From: a virus
Taxonomy: Duplodnaviria; Caudoviricetes
Virus record (IMG/VR): IMGVR_UViG_3300036826_000033
Coordinates: 1 to 55,389 of that record
Length of the DNA stretch: 55,389 nt
Direction: 5' to 3' (one strand)
The notes beneath the pieces are model-generated. The model saw nothing but the letters and a program-made list of their open reading frames with translations. It made no database searches and was not told the origin of the DNA. Positions 15,983 to 25,212 of the stretch are shown here, piece by piece. Position 1 is the first letter of the stretch; every line of letters starts with the position of its first letter. Made by a program: the position numbers and the translations under genes.

Positions 15983-16311
15983 TTGATGCCACGCTTGCGC
16001 AGCTCGCGCAGAATGATCTGACGAATGCGCGCTTCAGTGCGCTGATCGATGTCGTCTTCGCCGTGCGCGTCGAAATATTCGTTCGCGCGATCGATCAATC
16101 GCACCAGCTCAGGATTGTTGATCTCAAAAAGTGGCTTGTTTTCGCCGTAGACCGTCTTGACGAGAAAACGCGCGGCGTCCCACCATTCAGGCGCCATGAC
16201 TGACACACGCGCAGTCGTGCGATCTTCGATGTCGATGTAGTATTCAAGCTCGCCATCTTCGACAGACCAGCCCTCCCAGTCTTTGCCGCGTGTTGTGTTC
16301 GGGTCTTTCAT
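15979..16311 (-). CDS. Hypothetical protein
   Basis: 110 aa, ATGA overlaps. Confidence 0.65.
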   Translation of the reverse strand: MKDPNTTRGKDWEGWSVEDGELEYYIDIEDRTTARVSVMAPEWWDAARFLVKTVYGENKPLFEINNPELVRLIDRANEYFDAHGEDDIDQRTEARIRQIILRELRKRGIK

Positions 16312-16532
16312 GATGCGCTTGAAATTAAGCAGGCGCGCGTGACGCGATGCTGAGTCATGAGACGATAGACTTCAAGCTCGTCGACGTTCCAAAGCCATGC
16401 GTGCGCGCGCACTTCGTCAAGACCGAAGTCTTCAACGCAGCGCGTGCCAAGATAGCCGCGCCAATTTCCGTAGATGTTTTCTCGAATGCGCTTTTTCATG
16501 ACGTCAATTTTTCGTGCGTTCATCTTTTTCAT
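16308..16532 (-). CDS. Hypothetical protein
   Basis: IRENIYGNWRGYLG motif. Confidence 0.6.
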   Translation of the reverse strand: MKKMNARKIDVMKKRIRENIYGNWRGYLGTRCVEDFGLDEVRAHAWLWNVDELEVYRLMTQHRVTRACLISSAS

Positions 16533-16740
16533 TGTGATTGATCGATTCAGTCAGCACGAAATAGACCGCTGACGACAAGAGCAAGCGTTCAGCTTCGTCG
16601 TCTGCGACTGCTTCGCCAGCTTTGAGCTTTTCATGCAGCTGAATCAACAGCTGCTGCGTTTCGGGTTTCGAAAATAGTTCGAGCGATTCACGTCGAGCTG
16701 CTTCGACCTCGAAGTCGCTGAGATGTTCGTCTGCGCTCAT
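16504..16740 (-). CDS. Hypothetical protein
   Basis: MSADEHL...; ATGA overlap. Confidence 0.55.
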   Translation of the reverse strand: MSADEHLSDFEVEAARRESLELFSKPETQQLLIQLHEKLKAGEAVADDEAERLLLSSAVYFVLTESINHNEKDERTKN

Positions 16741-17036
16741 TGCGCACCTCCGCCCTGCAGTCGTTTGATCTTGAGTCGCAGTCCGTGTCTGAACGATCTG
16801 CGTCGACTTTCGCCAGCGCGTGTCTGACGCCAGCGCATGTTGCCAGCTGGATAAGTCTCCCACTTGAAATATGGCGCGACAGGATTCGCACGCGACTCTT
16901 CGAGCGATTGTTTGATCTGCTCTTTCATTGACGCGATCTGCGCGTCGACATCGAGTCCGAGTCGTTTGTTCTCGCTGTGCATCAGTGCAAAAAAGCCCGC
17001 GACTGTTGGTCTGTCGCTCATTGATTCAATTTTCAT
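16737..17036 (-). CDS. Hypothetical protein (first gene of the leftward early arm)
   Basis: ATG 6 nt after the -10 box of the promoter motif. Confidence 0.65.
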   Translation of the reverse strand: MKIESMSDRPTVAGFFALMHSENKRLGLDVDAQIASMKEQIKQSLEESRANPVAPYFKWETYPAGNMRWRQTRAGESRRRSFRHGLRLKIKRLQGGGAQ

Positions 17037-17070
17037 GACTACACAATCGCACAAGAACACGCGTGTGCAA
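17037..17070 (-). promoter_or_regulatory. Early promoter motif (copy 5)
   Basis: TTGCAC-N10-TTGTGC-GATTGT-N6-ATG. Confidence 0.7.
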
Positions 17071-17196
17071 GCTCTTTTTTCACATTTTTTTCACAGCGCA
17101 GCAAGCTGATTTTGAGCACTTTACGCATGAAGCGCGAAAGTTGTTCTCTCGGTGTGCTATGTTCCGCGACTGAACCAGCAAAGAGAGGAGTTCAGT

Positions 17197-17400
17197 ATGG
17201 GAAAAGTCAGCTCGAAAGTGCGCAAGTTCAGAGCACGCGCAGGTCGAGGCGCGATCATGAAACCGAGCACGTTCGCACGTATTGCTCGCACAAGTAAAGG
17301 CGGCACAAAAGCCGCAGGCGCCGCCTACTGGCGCGCAGCAAAAGCAAAAGCGAAACGCGGCAGCACGCGCGATCTCAAGCGCTCTCGCCGCAGACGATGA
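17197..17400 (+). CDS. Small highly basic (protamine-like) protein
   Basis: GAGGAG RBS; K/R/A/G-rich; ends SRRRR. Confidence 0.65.
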   Translation: MGKVSSKVRKFRARAGRGAIMKPSTFARIARTSKGGTKAAGAAYWRAAKAKAKRGSTRDLKRSRRRR

Positions 17401-17481
17401 TCAAAGTCATTGTCGCTTTCGTGCTTGTTTCCCTTCTCTGGATTGCGTATGAGCTTTGGCGCGCACCATTGATCGAGAACT

Positions 17482-17829
17482 ATGACGACGATGACTGAAG
17501 AACAAGAGCAGCGCGCGTTCGCTGATCATCTGATCGCACAGATCGACAGCACGTTCCAGCGCGCTTACGTCTCGCGCATCAATGGCATGAGCGAAGATGA
17601 GATGCTGATCTATCATGACATCGAGGCCGCCTACCGTGGCGTCGATAAGCACGTTGTCGAGACATGCCGCAAGACAATCAGATCAGCCGTCAAAGCAGTC
17701 GATTCAAAAGTGCCCTTCGATCAAGCGCACCAATATCTCGTTGATCAACTGCACGAGCACGTCGACAAACTCGTCAAATCAAACAACAGAAAGAACAGAC
17801 GCAAGAGCCATGCCGTGGGTCAAAACTAG
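17482..17829 (+). CDS. Hypothetical protein
   Basis: 115-aa ORF with typical codon usage. Confidence 0.65.
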   Translation: MTTMTEEQEQRAFADHLIAQIDSTFQRAYVSRINGMSEDEMLIYHDIEAAYRGVDKHVVETCRKTIRSAVKAVDSKVPFDQAHQYLVDQLHEHVDKLVKSNNRKNRRKSHAVGQN

Positions 17830-17965
17830 AAAACGAAATTCGCGCGGACAACGACTTTACCGTTCGCCCTCGGGCAAGCTCTGGACAAAGCGCTCAATCG
17901 CCGCCTACAAAGCCACGAAAGGTTTCAAGCGACCAGTGCGCTCGTCGCGCCGACGCCGAAGATGA
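17810..17965 (+). CDS. Small highly basic protein
   Basis: MPWVKTRKR...YRSPSGK...SSRRRRR; no acidic residues. Confidence 0.6.
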   Translation: MPWVKTRKRNSRGQRLYRSPSGKLWTKRSIAAYKATKGFKRPVRSSRRRRR

Positions 17966-18061
17966 AAAACTTTTTTCGTGAGCCTTACCAAACTTTGGCC
18001 AGCCGGCGCGTGCAGAGACGCCCAAAATAAAATCAGTTGATGCGTCGAACAACGAGCACCC

Positions 18062-18667
18062 ATGAGCACAAAAAGCTCGCCAGACGCGTTTGTTGATATT
18101 TTTGCAGTCGACGTTTCACCCATCGAAATGGCAAGAATCCTAACGCTTTCAGAGCAGGAATTGGTGGGACTTTCAAAAGATGGCATTCTGCAGCGCAAAA
18201 CAATCCAGCGCGGCGGTCGTCGAGTGATCGTCTACAATGTTGCCGACACAGTTCAGAAATATATTTGGCACCTCGACGAGCCATTTCGCAGAGCGCGCGA
18301 AGAACTGATGATTGAGAAGCGGGACACGGCTCGAATCATTCGCGAACACAAACGGCTCGACCTTGACTTTGCGAGTGGCGACTTGGTGAAACGCAGCCGG
18401 GTCAAATCGAGCGTGAGCAACACGTTGACAATCGTGAAAAATCAGCTGCTCGGGATGCCGACACGCGTCACTCGTCTCGTTGTGGGGCAGCCTTTTGCCA
18501 AGGTGCACGCGATCATCAGTCACGATCTGCGTCTGATCTTGAGAAATTTGACTGATTTCGACTTCAGTTCTTTCGACGAACCACAGCAGAACGGGCAACA
18601 TGCAGACGAAGACGCTTCGACGAGACGACGAAAAAAGCGGATTGCAGATCGCCGCAGAAGACATTGA
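18062..18667 (+). CDS. terS: Terminase small subunit (Nu1-like)
   Basis: wHTH-like N-terminus, coiled coil, GDLV and LLGMPTR motifs; immediately upstream of terL. Confidence 0.8.
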   Translation: MSTKSSPDAFVDIFAVDVSPIEMARILTLSEQELVGLSKDGILQRKTIQRGGRRVIVYNVADTVQKYIWHLDEPFRRAREELMIEKRDTARIIREHKRLDLDFASGDLVKRSRVKSSVSNTLTIVKNQLLGMPTRVTRLVVGQPFAKVHAIISHDLRLILRNLTDFDFSSFDEPQQNGQHADEDASTRRRKKRIADRRRRH

Positions 18668-20591
18668 GCTGATTCGCGAGTGCTTGGAGGCGCTGCGCCC
18701 GCCGACCGAGATGACGCTGAGCGAATGGGCTGATCAATATCGCGTGTTGTCGAGCGAATCGAGCGCTGAACATGGCGCGTGGGTGACTGCGCGCGCGCCG
18801 TATGAGAAAGAGATCATGAACGCGATCTCTGACCCATTTGTGCCGCGCGTTGTTGTGCAGAAAGCAGCACAAGTCGGCATCACTGATGCGGCGGTTCTGA
18901 ACCCGATTGGATTTTTCGCGAGCGAAGACCCGTGTCCAATTCTTGTCGTGCAACCAACGATCGAGATGGCTGAAGCGTTCTCGACTGATCGCTTGGCGCC
19001 GATGATTCGTGACAGTCCGCGATTGCGCGACGTATTTGCAGACCCGCGCACGCGCGACAGTCAGAACACGCTGCGCAGAAAAAGTTTCACCGGCGGCTAT
19101 GTCGCCATCGGTGGCGCGAACAGTGCAGCAAGTTTGAGCGGTCGCCCAGTGCGTGTCGTGCTGCTCGACGACGTTGACAGGTATCCGCTGTCGGCAGGCA
19201 CTGAAGGAAACCCCTTGCAGCTTGCGATTGCTCGAACGTCTGCATTTTGGAATCGCAAGATCGTCATCATCTCGTCGCCCGGAATTGCAGGAATTTCTCA
19301 CGTCGAGCGGGAGATGCAGCTGACGACGTGTGAGTTCTGGTATTTGCCCTGCCCAGCGTGCGGCGTGCTGCAGATTCTCGAATGGGACCGCATTCGCTTC
19401 GACGACATGACGCATCGCTGCCTGCAATGTCAGAAGCACAACGAGAAATATCTCTGGCTCGCCGGCGACGGCGAATGGCGCGCGCATCGACCGATTGACG
19501 AGCGCGGGCGCGAAGTGAAAGCGCGCGGTTTTTACATTGGCGGACTTTGCTCGCCGTGGGTCGAGTGGGACATCTTGCGCGACGAGTTTGTGCGCGCAGT
19601 GCGCGCACATGAAGAGGGCGATGTCGAGCTGCTGAAAGCGTTTCGCAACACGCGTCTTGGTCTGCTACATCAAGAGGAGGGTTCACAAGTGAAGATTGAT
19701 CTCTATCAGCGCCGCGAAATTTTCGAAGCAGAAGTGCCGGACGGCGTGCTCGTGATCACAGCTGGCGTTGACGTGCAAGATCAATCGCTCTTCGCTGACA
19801 TTGTCGGCTGGGGCAAAGGTCGCGAGAACTGGCATCTCGACTACATCACAATCCCGGGAGACCCGCGCACGCCAGAACCGTGGGAAGCGCTCGATGAAGC
19901 TGTCTACAATCGAATCTTTCGCACGAAAGACGGCGCAAAAATGCGCGTGCGTCGCATCTGCATCGACTCAAGTTTCATGAGCGATCATGTTTATGCCTAC
20001 ACGAAAGCGCGTCAGCCGCGCTGCATCTCGATCAAAGGCATGGGTGGTCTCGGCAAACCGCCAATCTCAGCGATCACATTCTCGAAGAGCAATCGCTGTC
20101 TGATCGCGTCGCTCGGCGTTGACACGCTGAAAGAGGAGATCATGAATCGTCTCAACGTCACGAAGTTCGGCCCCGGCTACTGTCACTTCCCGCGCACAGA
20201 TCAGTTCGATGTGTCGATGCAGGCGCACGAACCGATCAATGGCTACGACGTGCCCTACTTCGAGGGCTTGCGCGCTGAGCAACGCATCGTGAAGCACAAG
20301 TTCGGCTTCAAAACTTACATCTGGACAAAGCGCGTCAGTCAGCGCAACGAAAGCTGGGATTGTTTCGTCTACGCGCTCGCAGCTCTGCAGCTGCCGCATT
20401 CTGGCATCAAGCTCGAAACGATGAAACGCGACACGACTGTGATCACTGATGACGAGAAGAAAGTGCAGCAGCAACAGCCCGCGAAGTTCGGCGCGCATCA
20501 ACCGTCAATGCTCGAACAGCCAGCGCGCCCGACACAGCGCGAATCAACAGCGCGCCCGAAATTCGGCGCACAGAACAGACCAATCTTCTGA
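18600..20591 (+). CDS. terL: Terminase large subunit (lambda gpA family)
   Basis: SEWADQYRVL, KAAQVGIT, LLDDVDRYP, CPAC...CLQC, AGVDVQ, RNESWDCFVYA. Confidence 0.95.
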   Translation: MQTKTLRRDDEKSGLQIAAEDIELIRECLEALRPPTEMTLSEWADQYRVLSSESSAEHGAWVTARAPYEKEIMNAISDPFVPRVVVQKAAQVGITDAAVLNPIGFFASEDPCPILVVQPTIEMAEAFSTDRLAPMIRDSPRLRDVFADPRTRDSQNTLRRKSFTGGYVAIGGANSAASLSGRPVRVVLLDDVDRYPLSAGTEGNPLQLAIARTSAFWNRKIVIISSPGIAGISHVEREMQLTTCEFWYLPCPACGVLQILEWDRIRFDDMTHRCLQCQKHNEKYLWLAGDGEWRAHRPIDERGREVKARGFYIGGLCSPWVEWDILRDEFVRAVRAHEEGDVELLKAFRNTRLGLLHQEEGSQVKIDLYQRREIFEAEVPDGVLVITAGVDVQDQSLFADIVGWGKGRENWHLDYITIPGDPRTPEPWEALDEAVYNRIFRTKDGAKMRVRRICIDSSFMSDHVYAYTKARQPRCISIKGMGGLGKPPISAITFSKSNRCLIASLGVDTLKEEIMNRLNVTKFGPGYCHFPRTDQFDVSMQAHEPINGYDVPYFEGLRAEQRIVKHKFGFKTYIWTKRVSQRNESWDCFVYALAALQLPHSGIKLETMKRDTTVITDDEKKVQQQQPAKFGAHQPSMLEQPARPTQRESTARPKFGAQNRPIF

Positions 20592-21124
20592 TGTTCATCG
20601 CGCCGATCACGCTTGAGGAGCTGAAAGAGTTCGAAAAGATCGCGCGCACGTTCAAGTTCAACCGCTCAAAAAACCCGAATCACACGGGCTTTCGCAGCAT
20701 CGTCGTCGGCGTTGCTGGCGAGAAAAAGTTCTTGGAGTTCTTTCCGTCAGCATGGACGACCAACAGCTCGCAGGTCGACTTTGACGTGCAGTCAGTCTGC
20801 TCCGGCAGTGTGTATCAGCTCGGCGCGCGTCTGGTCAATGTGAAGATCAACATCTGGCACAAGACATTCATGCCGCCGAAAAACTGGCGAGTCGGCGTGA
20901 TGGCGTGTGAGCTGTGCTACTTGCAAGACGACATCGATCTTGTTTTCGCGAAAATTTCGCTTGATCGCTTGAGCGCGTATCTCGTCGGCTGGCTTCCAAT
21001 TCGCGAATTTCGCGCGAGCGCAGTCTTCGTCGCTGCAGGTGAAAGAGCGGGTCTCACACAAGACAGCCACGAGCTTGAGATCAGTGCGCTGAATCCAATC
21101 GAGACGCTGCACGCGCCGGGCTAG
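20591..21124 (+). CDS. Hypothetical protein, possible PD-(D/E)xK nuclease-like fold
   Basis: GVAGE...VDF...VNVK...LVGW pattern. Confidence 0.5.
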   Translation: MFIAPITLEELKEFEKIARTFKFNRSKNPNHTGFRSIVVGVAGEKKFLEFFPSAWTTNSSQVDFDVQSVCSGSVYQLGARLVNVKINIWHKTFMPPKNWRVGVMACELCYLQDDIDLVFAKISLDRLSAYLVGWLPIREFRASAVFVAAGERAGLTQDSHELEISALNPIETLHAPG

Positions 21125-21348
21125 ATCGCGCCGAATTTGCTGCTCATGTCTCTGCCAGTTGACTGCGACGCCCATGTGCAGAGAACGCGAGCTGCGATGC
21201 GCGTGCGGTAGCCGTGCCCTTCGCGCTCGCGCTGAATCAAGAGCTGCATCACGGTGCGCGGCACTGAGCATTCGATTCGACACGTATCGGTTCGCGGACG
21301 CCCTCGACCTCGCTGGATTTGCGTGTCTGTTTTAATCGTGCGCGCCAT
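21121..21348 (-). CDS. Small DNA-binding regulator (ribbon-helix-helix-like)
   Basis: RGRGRPR AT-hook-like motif, then strand-helix-helix pattern; own TTGCAC element upstream. Confidence 0.5.
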   Translation of the reverse strand: MARTIKTDTQIQRGRGRPRTDTCRIECSVPRTVMQLLIQREREGHGYRTRIAARVLCTWASQSTGRDMSSKFGAI

Positions 21349-21422
21349 GAATCATCGCTGCACACCTAGTTCAAAAGCTCATCGGAGTGCAAGTATTTTT
21401 CTGAGTATTTTATTCCGGCGCG

Positions 21423-21451
21423 TTGACAGAATCTCACGAGACACACAAAAG
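21423..21451 (+). promoter_or_regulatory. Putative promoter for head genes
   Basis: Perfect TTGACA in the intergenic gap before 21462; -10 weak. Confidence 0.4.
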
Positions 21452-21461
21452 AGCGGGCTGA

Positions 21462-21788
21462 ATGAGTGAAGCTGTCGTCGTCGTCGAAGCAAAGCCGCTG
21501 CCGGTGCAGTTTGTGCTAGTAGGCACGCCGCCGGAAGGATTCGCGTCGTGGTGTGACTGGGCGAAAGACGGTCTCATGAATGCGCTGAACGCGATGAAAA
21601 AGTCGGGCGGCGGCGTGACTGAATATCACATCGGCTCGCGCGGACTGCATCGCAGCGGCCCCGCTGATCAGATCAAGAACGTCGACTACTGGAACCAGAT
21701 GTGTCTGCTTTGCTGCGGCGAATCGTTTTTGCCATCGTCGCTCACTGGGCGCGACACCGCTTGCAGATTCATCCCACGAGACGTATGA
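21462..21788 (+). CDS. Head-to-tail joining protein (gpW-like)
   Basis: GVTEYHIGSRGLHR...IPRD; lies between terL and portal. Confidence 0.7.
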   Translation: MSEAVVVVEAKPLPVQFVLVGTPPEGFASWCDWAKDGLMNALNAMKKSGGGVTEYHIGSRGLHRSGPADQIKNVDYWNQMCLLCCGESFLPSSLTGRDTACRFIPRDV

Positions 21789-23575
21789 GCGCGACGACAA
21801 TCAACGGCAATGCGAGACGACTTCCGCGCGGTGCAATTCTCGGCACTGACGGCAAGCTGATGAACGCTCGCTCGCTGCTTGAAGCGCGCGCGCAGCATGT
21901 GCTGAGCATGGGTTCGAGCGGCTATGCCAACTATGGCGCGAATACGACAAAGAACTCGCTGCTCGGCTGGCTGTGGCGCGGCGGTGACGCAGACAAAGAC
22001 ATCGGTCTGAACGTGCAGGTGCTGCGCGAGAGATCGCGTGACGCGTTCATGGGCATCCCGCTTGCCGCTGCGGGTGTCGAAACTTTCGACACGAACGTGA
22101 TCGGTGAGGGACTTTTCCCGGCGCCGAACGTTGACGGTGACGTGCTCGGTCTCGATGAGCAAGAGACAGCTGACTTGAATCGCGAGCTGGCAACAAAATT
22201 TCTCTGGTGGGCACAAGACCCGCGCGAGTGCGACTGGGAAGCGAAGCACAATTTCTTCATGCTGCAGTCAGTCGCGTTCAAATCGATGCTGCTCAGTGGC
22301 GATTGCCCGGTGCTCTTTCCGCTGAAAGCGCGCCCGCTCACATTGTTCGAGCTGAAGCTGCGTGTGCTCGAAGCAGATCGCATCATGAACCCGACGCTGG
22401 CGCCGTTCTATCCAAACGTGAATCTTTTCAATGGTGTCGAGCTGAACAATGACGGCGAGCTGACTGCGTATCACATCAGCGATCGTCATCCGCTTGCAAG
22501 CGCGCGCTCGTCGCTGCCGCTACCGCAGAAAACGTTTCGCATCACGCCGTTCGGGGAAGCCAGCGGACGGCGCAACATGGTGCTGCTGATCAAGCCAGAG
22601 CGGCCAGAGCAGCGCCGTGGCGTGCCGATTTTGTCGGTCTGTCTTGAGCTGCTGAAGCAGCACGGGCGTTTCATCGACTCGACCGTCGTCGCTGCAGTGA
22701 TTCAGAGCTACTTCACAGCGTTCATCACAAGCGAGTTCCCTGATCAGACGATCTTCGACGATCTGCTGACTGAAGAGCAGAAAAACGAGATCACGAATCT
22801 GAATCCATACAACGTGCAGCTCGGCCCCGGCGTTGTGAACTTCATGCGCCCGGGTCATGCAGTGAACTTTGCGCACCCGACACAACCGCTTGCGAACTTT
22901 GGCGAGTTCACAATCAGCGTCGCAAAATTCATCGGCGCCGCGCTCGGGATGCCATACGAAGTTTTGTTGAAGCAATTCAACGCGAGCTACAGCGCGAGCA
23001 GAGCAGCGCTGCTCGATTTCTGGAAGCGCGTGCGCAAATATCGCGCGCAGATGATCGATCAATTCTGCCAGCCCGCCTACGAAGAGTGGCTTGCTGACGC
23101 GATTGGTCTTGGTCGCATCGAGCTGTTCAAGGGCGGCTTTGACGACCCGCTCGTGCGCAAAGCGATGCTGCGCTGCATCTGGACTGGCGCGAGCGCTGGC
23201 AGTCTCGACCCGCAGAAAGAGGTGATTGCAGCTGATCTGAAAGTGAAGTGCGGCTTCTCGACGATTGAACGTGAAAGCGCAGAGCTGAACGGCTCGAACT
23301 ATCGCGACAACATTCGCCAGCAGGCAGTCGAGCACGAAGAGTTCGAAGAGGCTGATCTGCTTTATCCGCCCTACCGGCCGACCATGATTGGCACATCTCC
23401 AACGCTGCTGCCGGGGCAAGAAAAGCCAGCACCGCCGAAACCACCTCCGGCAGCAGCGCCACCAGCACAGCCGCCGCCACCCAAATCTCATGCGCGTGTT
23501 AGCCGTAAAAAGCGCACGCGCGCCAATTCACATGTCGCTCTTGCGAGCGGCACAAGCGGGAGATTCGAACGATGA
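21785..23575 (+). CDS. Portal protein (lambda family)
   Basis: LRERSRD, RPEQRRGVP, SYSASRAALL, LDPQKEV; Pro-rich/basic tail. Confidence 0.95.
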   Translation: MSATTINGNARRLPRGAILGTDGKLMNARSLLEARAQHVLSMGSSGYANYGANTTKNSLLGWLWRGGDADKDIGLNVQVLRERSRDAFMGIPLAAAGVETFDTNVIGEGLFPAPNVDGDVLGLDEQETADLNRELATKFLWWAQDPRECDWEAKHNFFMLQSVAFKSMLLSGDCPVLFPLKARPLTLFELKLRVLEADRIMNPTLAPFYPNVNLFNGVELNNDGELTAYHISDRHPLASARSSLPLPQKTFRITPFGEASGRRNMVLLIKPERPEQRRGVPILSVCLELLKQHGRFIDSTVVAAVIQSYFTAFITSEFPDQTIFDDLLTEEQKNEITNLNPYNVQLGPGVVNFMRPGHAVNFAHPTQPLANFGEFTISVAKFIGAALGMPYEVLLKQFNASYSASRAALLDFWKRVRKYRAQMIDQFCQPAYEEWLADAIGLGRIELFKGGFDDPLVRKAMLRCIWTGASAGSLDPQKEVIAADLKVKCGFSTIERESAELNGSNYRDNIRQQAVEHEEFEEADLLYPPYRPTMIGTSPTLLPGQEKPAPPKPPPAAAPPAQPPPPKSHARVSRKKRTRANSHVALASGTSGRFER

Positions 23576-24735
23576 ACGAACCTTTTTATCGATTCAGAGC
23601 TGAAGCGGTCGACGAGCCGGCAAGCGCAGAGCTGTTGATCTTCGCGCCGATTGGCGACTGGGAGGACATGGGCGAACTCGGCGCGCGCGCGTTCGCAAAA
23701 GATTTGTCGAAGCTGCCGACGAGCGTGAAGCGTCTCGACATTCACATCAATTCGCCCGGCGGCTCAGTGAGCGAAGCACAAGCGATCTACTCGCGGCTCG
23801 CAGATCATCGCAGCGACAAGCACGTCTACATTGACGGGCTGGCAGCGAGCGCAGCGACGATCATCGCGATGGTTGGCCATAAGATTTACATCCGCGCGAA
23901 CGCGAACATGATGATTCATCTGCCGAGCGCGCTCGCTTTTGGAAACGCCGATGACATGCAAAAAGTGATCTCGGCGCTCGATTCGATCACTGAGTCAATG
24001 CTCAACATCTACGCGAAGCGCACAAAGCTCGAACGCGAAGAAATTCGCTCGCTGATGTCAGCTGAGACTTGGTTCTCGCCACAGCAGGCGGTCGAGAAAG
24101 GGTTCGCTGACGAGATGCGCGGCGTCGTCAAAGCTGCAGCGATGATTGACGAAAAGCACGTCATGTTCAACGGCGTGACGTTCGATCTTTCGCAGTTCAA
24201 AAATGTCCCGGCGTTTACCGCCACACAAACACCAACAGAAAGTGAAACAATGAAAGAGAAGAAACCAGCATCAGCGGCGGCGGGAACGCCGACCGAAGAC
24301 CCTGAAAACGGGAACGGCGACGAAGGCAAAGGCAAGGAGACTTCGAAGCCACCCACACCACCCGAACCGCCGACAAAACCTAAGACTGGCGAAGCGACAG
24401 ACGATGCGACGACAGTGCAAGCGACAGCGCACGCTGCAGGCGTGAAAGCTGAGCGTGATCGAGTGACAGCGCTGCAAGCGCTTGATCGCCCGGCGACGCA
24501 CGAGATCATCGTGAAGGCGATCGCTGAAGGGAAGACAGTCAACGACGTCGTCGCCGAGTGCATGAGCGCGATGGACAAAGCTGGCGCGCAGAATGCGCGT
24601 CGAGCTGATGCTCGCGCGCTTGACGGGATTCCCGGCTCGAATGACGACGGCGAGAATCGTTCTGGCTTCGGCGGGCTGATCGCGAAGAAAGTGCAGTCAC
24701 GCCTCAAAGGCAGACGATCATTCAGTCGAAACTAA
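23572..24735 (+). CDS. ClpP-like head maturation protease with C-terminal scaffold region
   Basis: HINSPGGSV, IDGLAASAAT, MMIHLP, ETWFSPQQAVEKGFADE; AERDRV scaffold motif. Confidence 0.93.
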   Translation: MNEPFYRFRAEAVDEPASAELLIFAPIGDWEDMGELGARAFAKDLSKLPTSVKRLDIHINSPGGSVSEAQAIYSRLADHRSDKHVYIDGLAASAATIIAMVGHKIYIRANANMMIHLPSALAFGNADDMQKVISALDSITESMLNIYAKRTKLEREEIRSLMSAETWFSPQQAVEKGFADEMRGVVKAAAMIDEKHVMFNGVTFDLSQFKNVPAFTATQTPTESETMKEKKPASAAAGTPTEDPENGNGDEGKGKETSKPPTPPEPPTKPKTGEATDDATTVQATAHAAGVKAERDRVTALQALDRPATHEIIVKAIAEGKTVNDVVAECMSAMDKAGAQNARRADARALDGIPGSNDDGENRSGFGGLIAKKVQSRLKGRRSFSRN

Positions 24736-24771
24736 ACGCTCAACCAATCGAAGAAAGGAACATCAAGCAAT

Positions 24772-25176
24772 ATGGCAATCAAAGATTCAGTGAACTTCTC
24801 AAATCTGCAGTCGTTCGATGACAACGACTGGGTCGTTCGTCGTTATCCGTTCACGGATGCAGGCGCTCTGACAATCGCTGCGGCGAAAGTCGGGCATCTC
24901 ATCAAGTTCAACGCGACGCGCGACGAAGTGCTCGGCGCCGTCGCAGCTGACGACGCTGCTCTCGAAGGCGTGATCGTCGATCTGCCCGACAACACAGACG
25001 TGCCGTCGGGCGCGGCTCACAAGACAGTCGCAGTCGCACTCGCTGGCTCGTTCGACAAAAACACGGTCAAATATGCAGACAACGCGCAGCCGATCAGTGC
25101 GGCTGGTCTTGCAGCGTTGCGTGACAAAGGAATCTTTCTCGACCCAGCTGTGCCAGCTGGTTCGTTCGCACCTTAA
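24772..25176 (+). CDS. Head decoration protein (lambda gpD-like)
   Basis: Position between protease and capsid; C-terminal ALRDKGIFL. Confidence 0.8.
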   Translation: MAIKDSVNFSNLQSFDDNDWVVRRYPFTDAGALTIAAAKVGHLIKFNATRDEVLGAVAADDAALEGVIVDLPDNTDVPSGAAHKTVAVALAGSFDKNTVKYADNAQPISAAGLAALRDKGIFLDPAVPAGSFAP

Positions 25177-25212
25177 AACCGCCGTCAACCAACCGAAAGG
25201 AATCAGCACGAT

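Noticed and set aside
17966-18061. cos/pac site upstream of terS
   Set aside because: The position fits a gpA-type terminase, but I cannot identify a cohesive-end sequence or repeated terminase boxes
18564-23491. Long antisense ORFs (e.g. 18564..19610, 22520..23491; likewise 1846..2706 and 52374..53336)
   Set aside because: Shadow frames opposite well-supported genes, expected in GC-rich, stop-poor DNA
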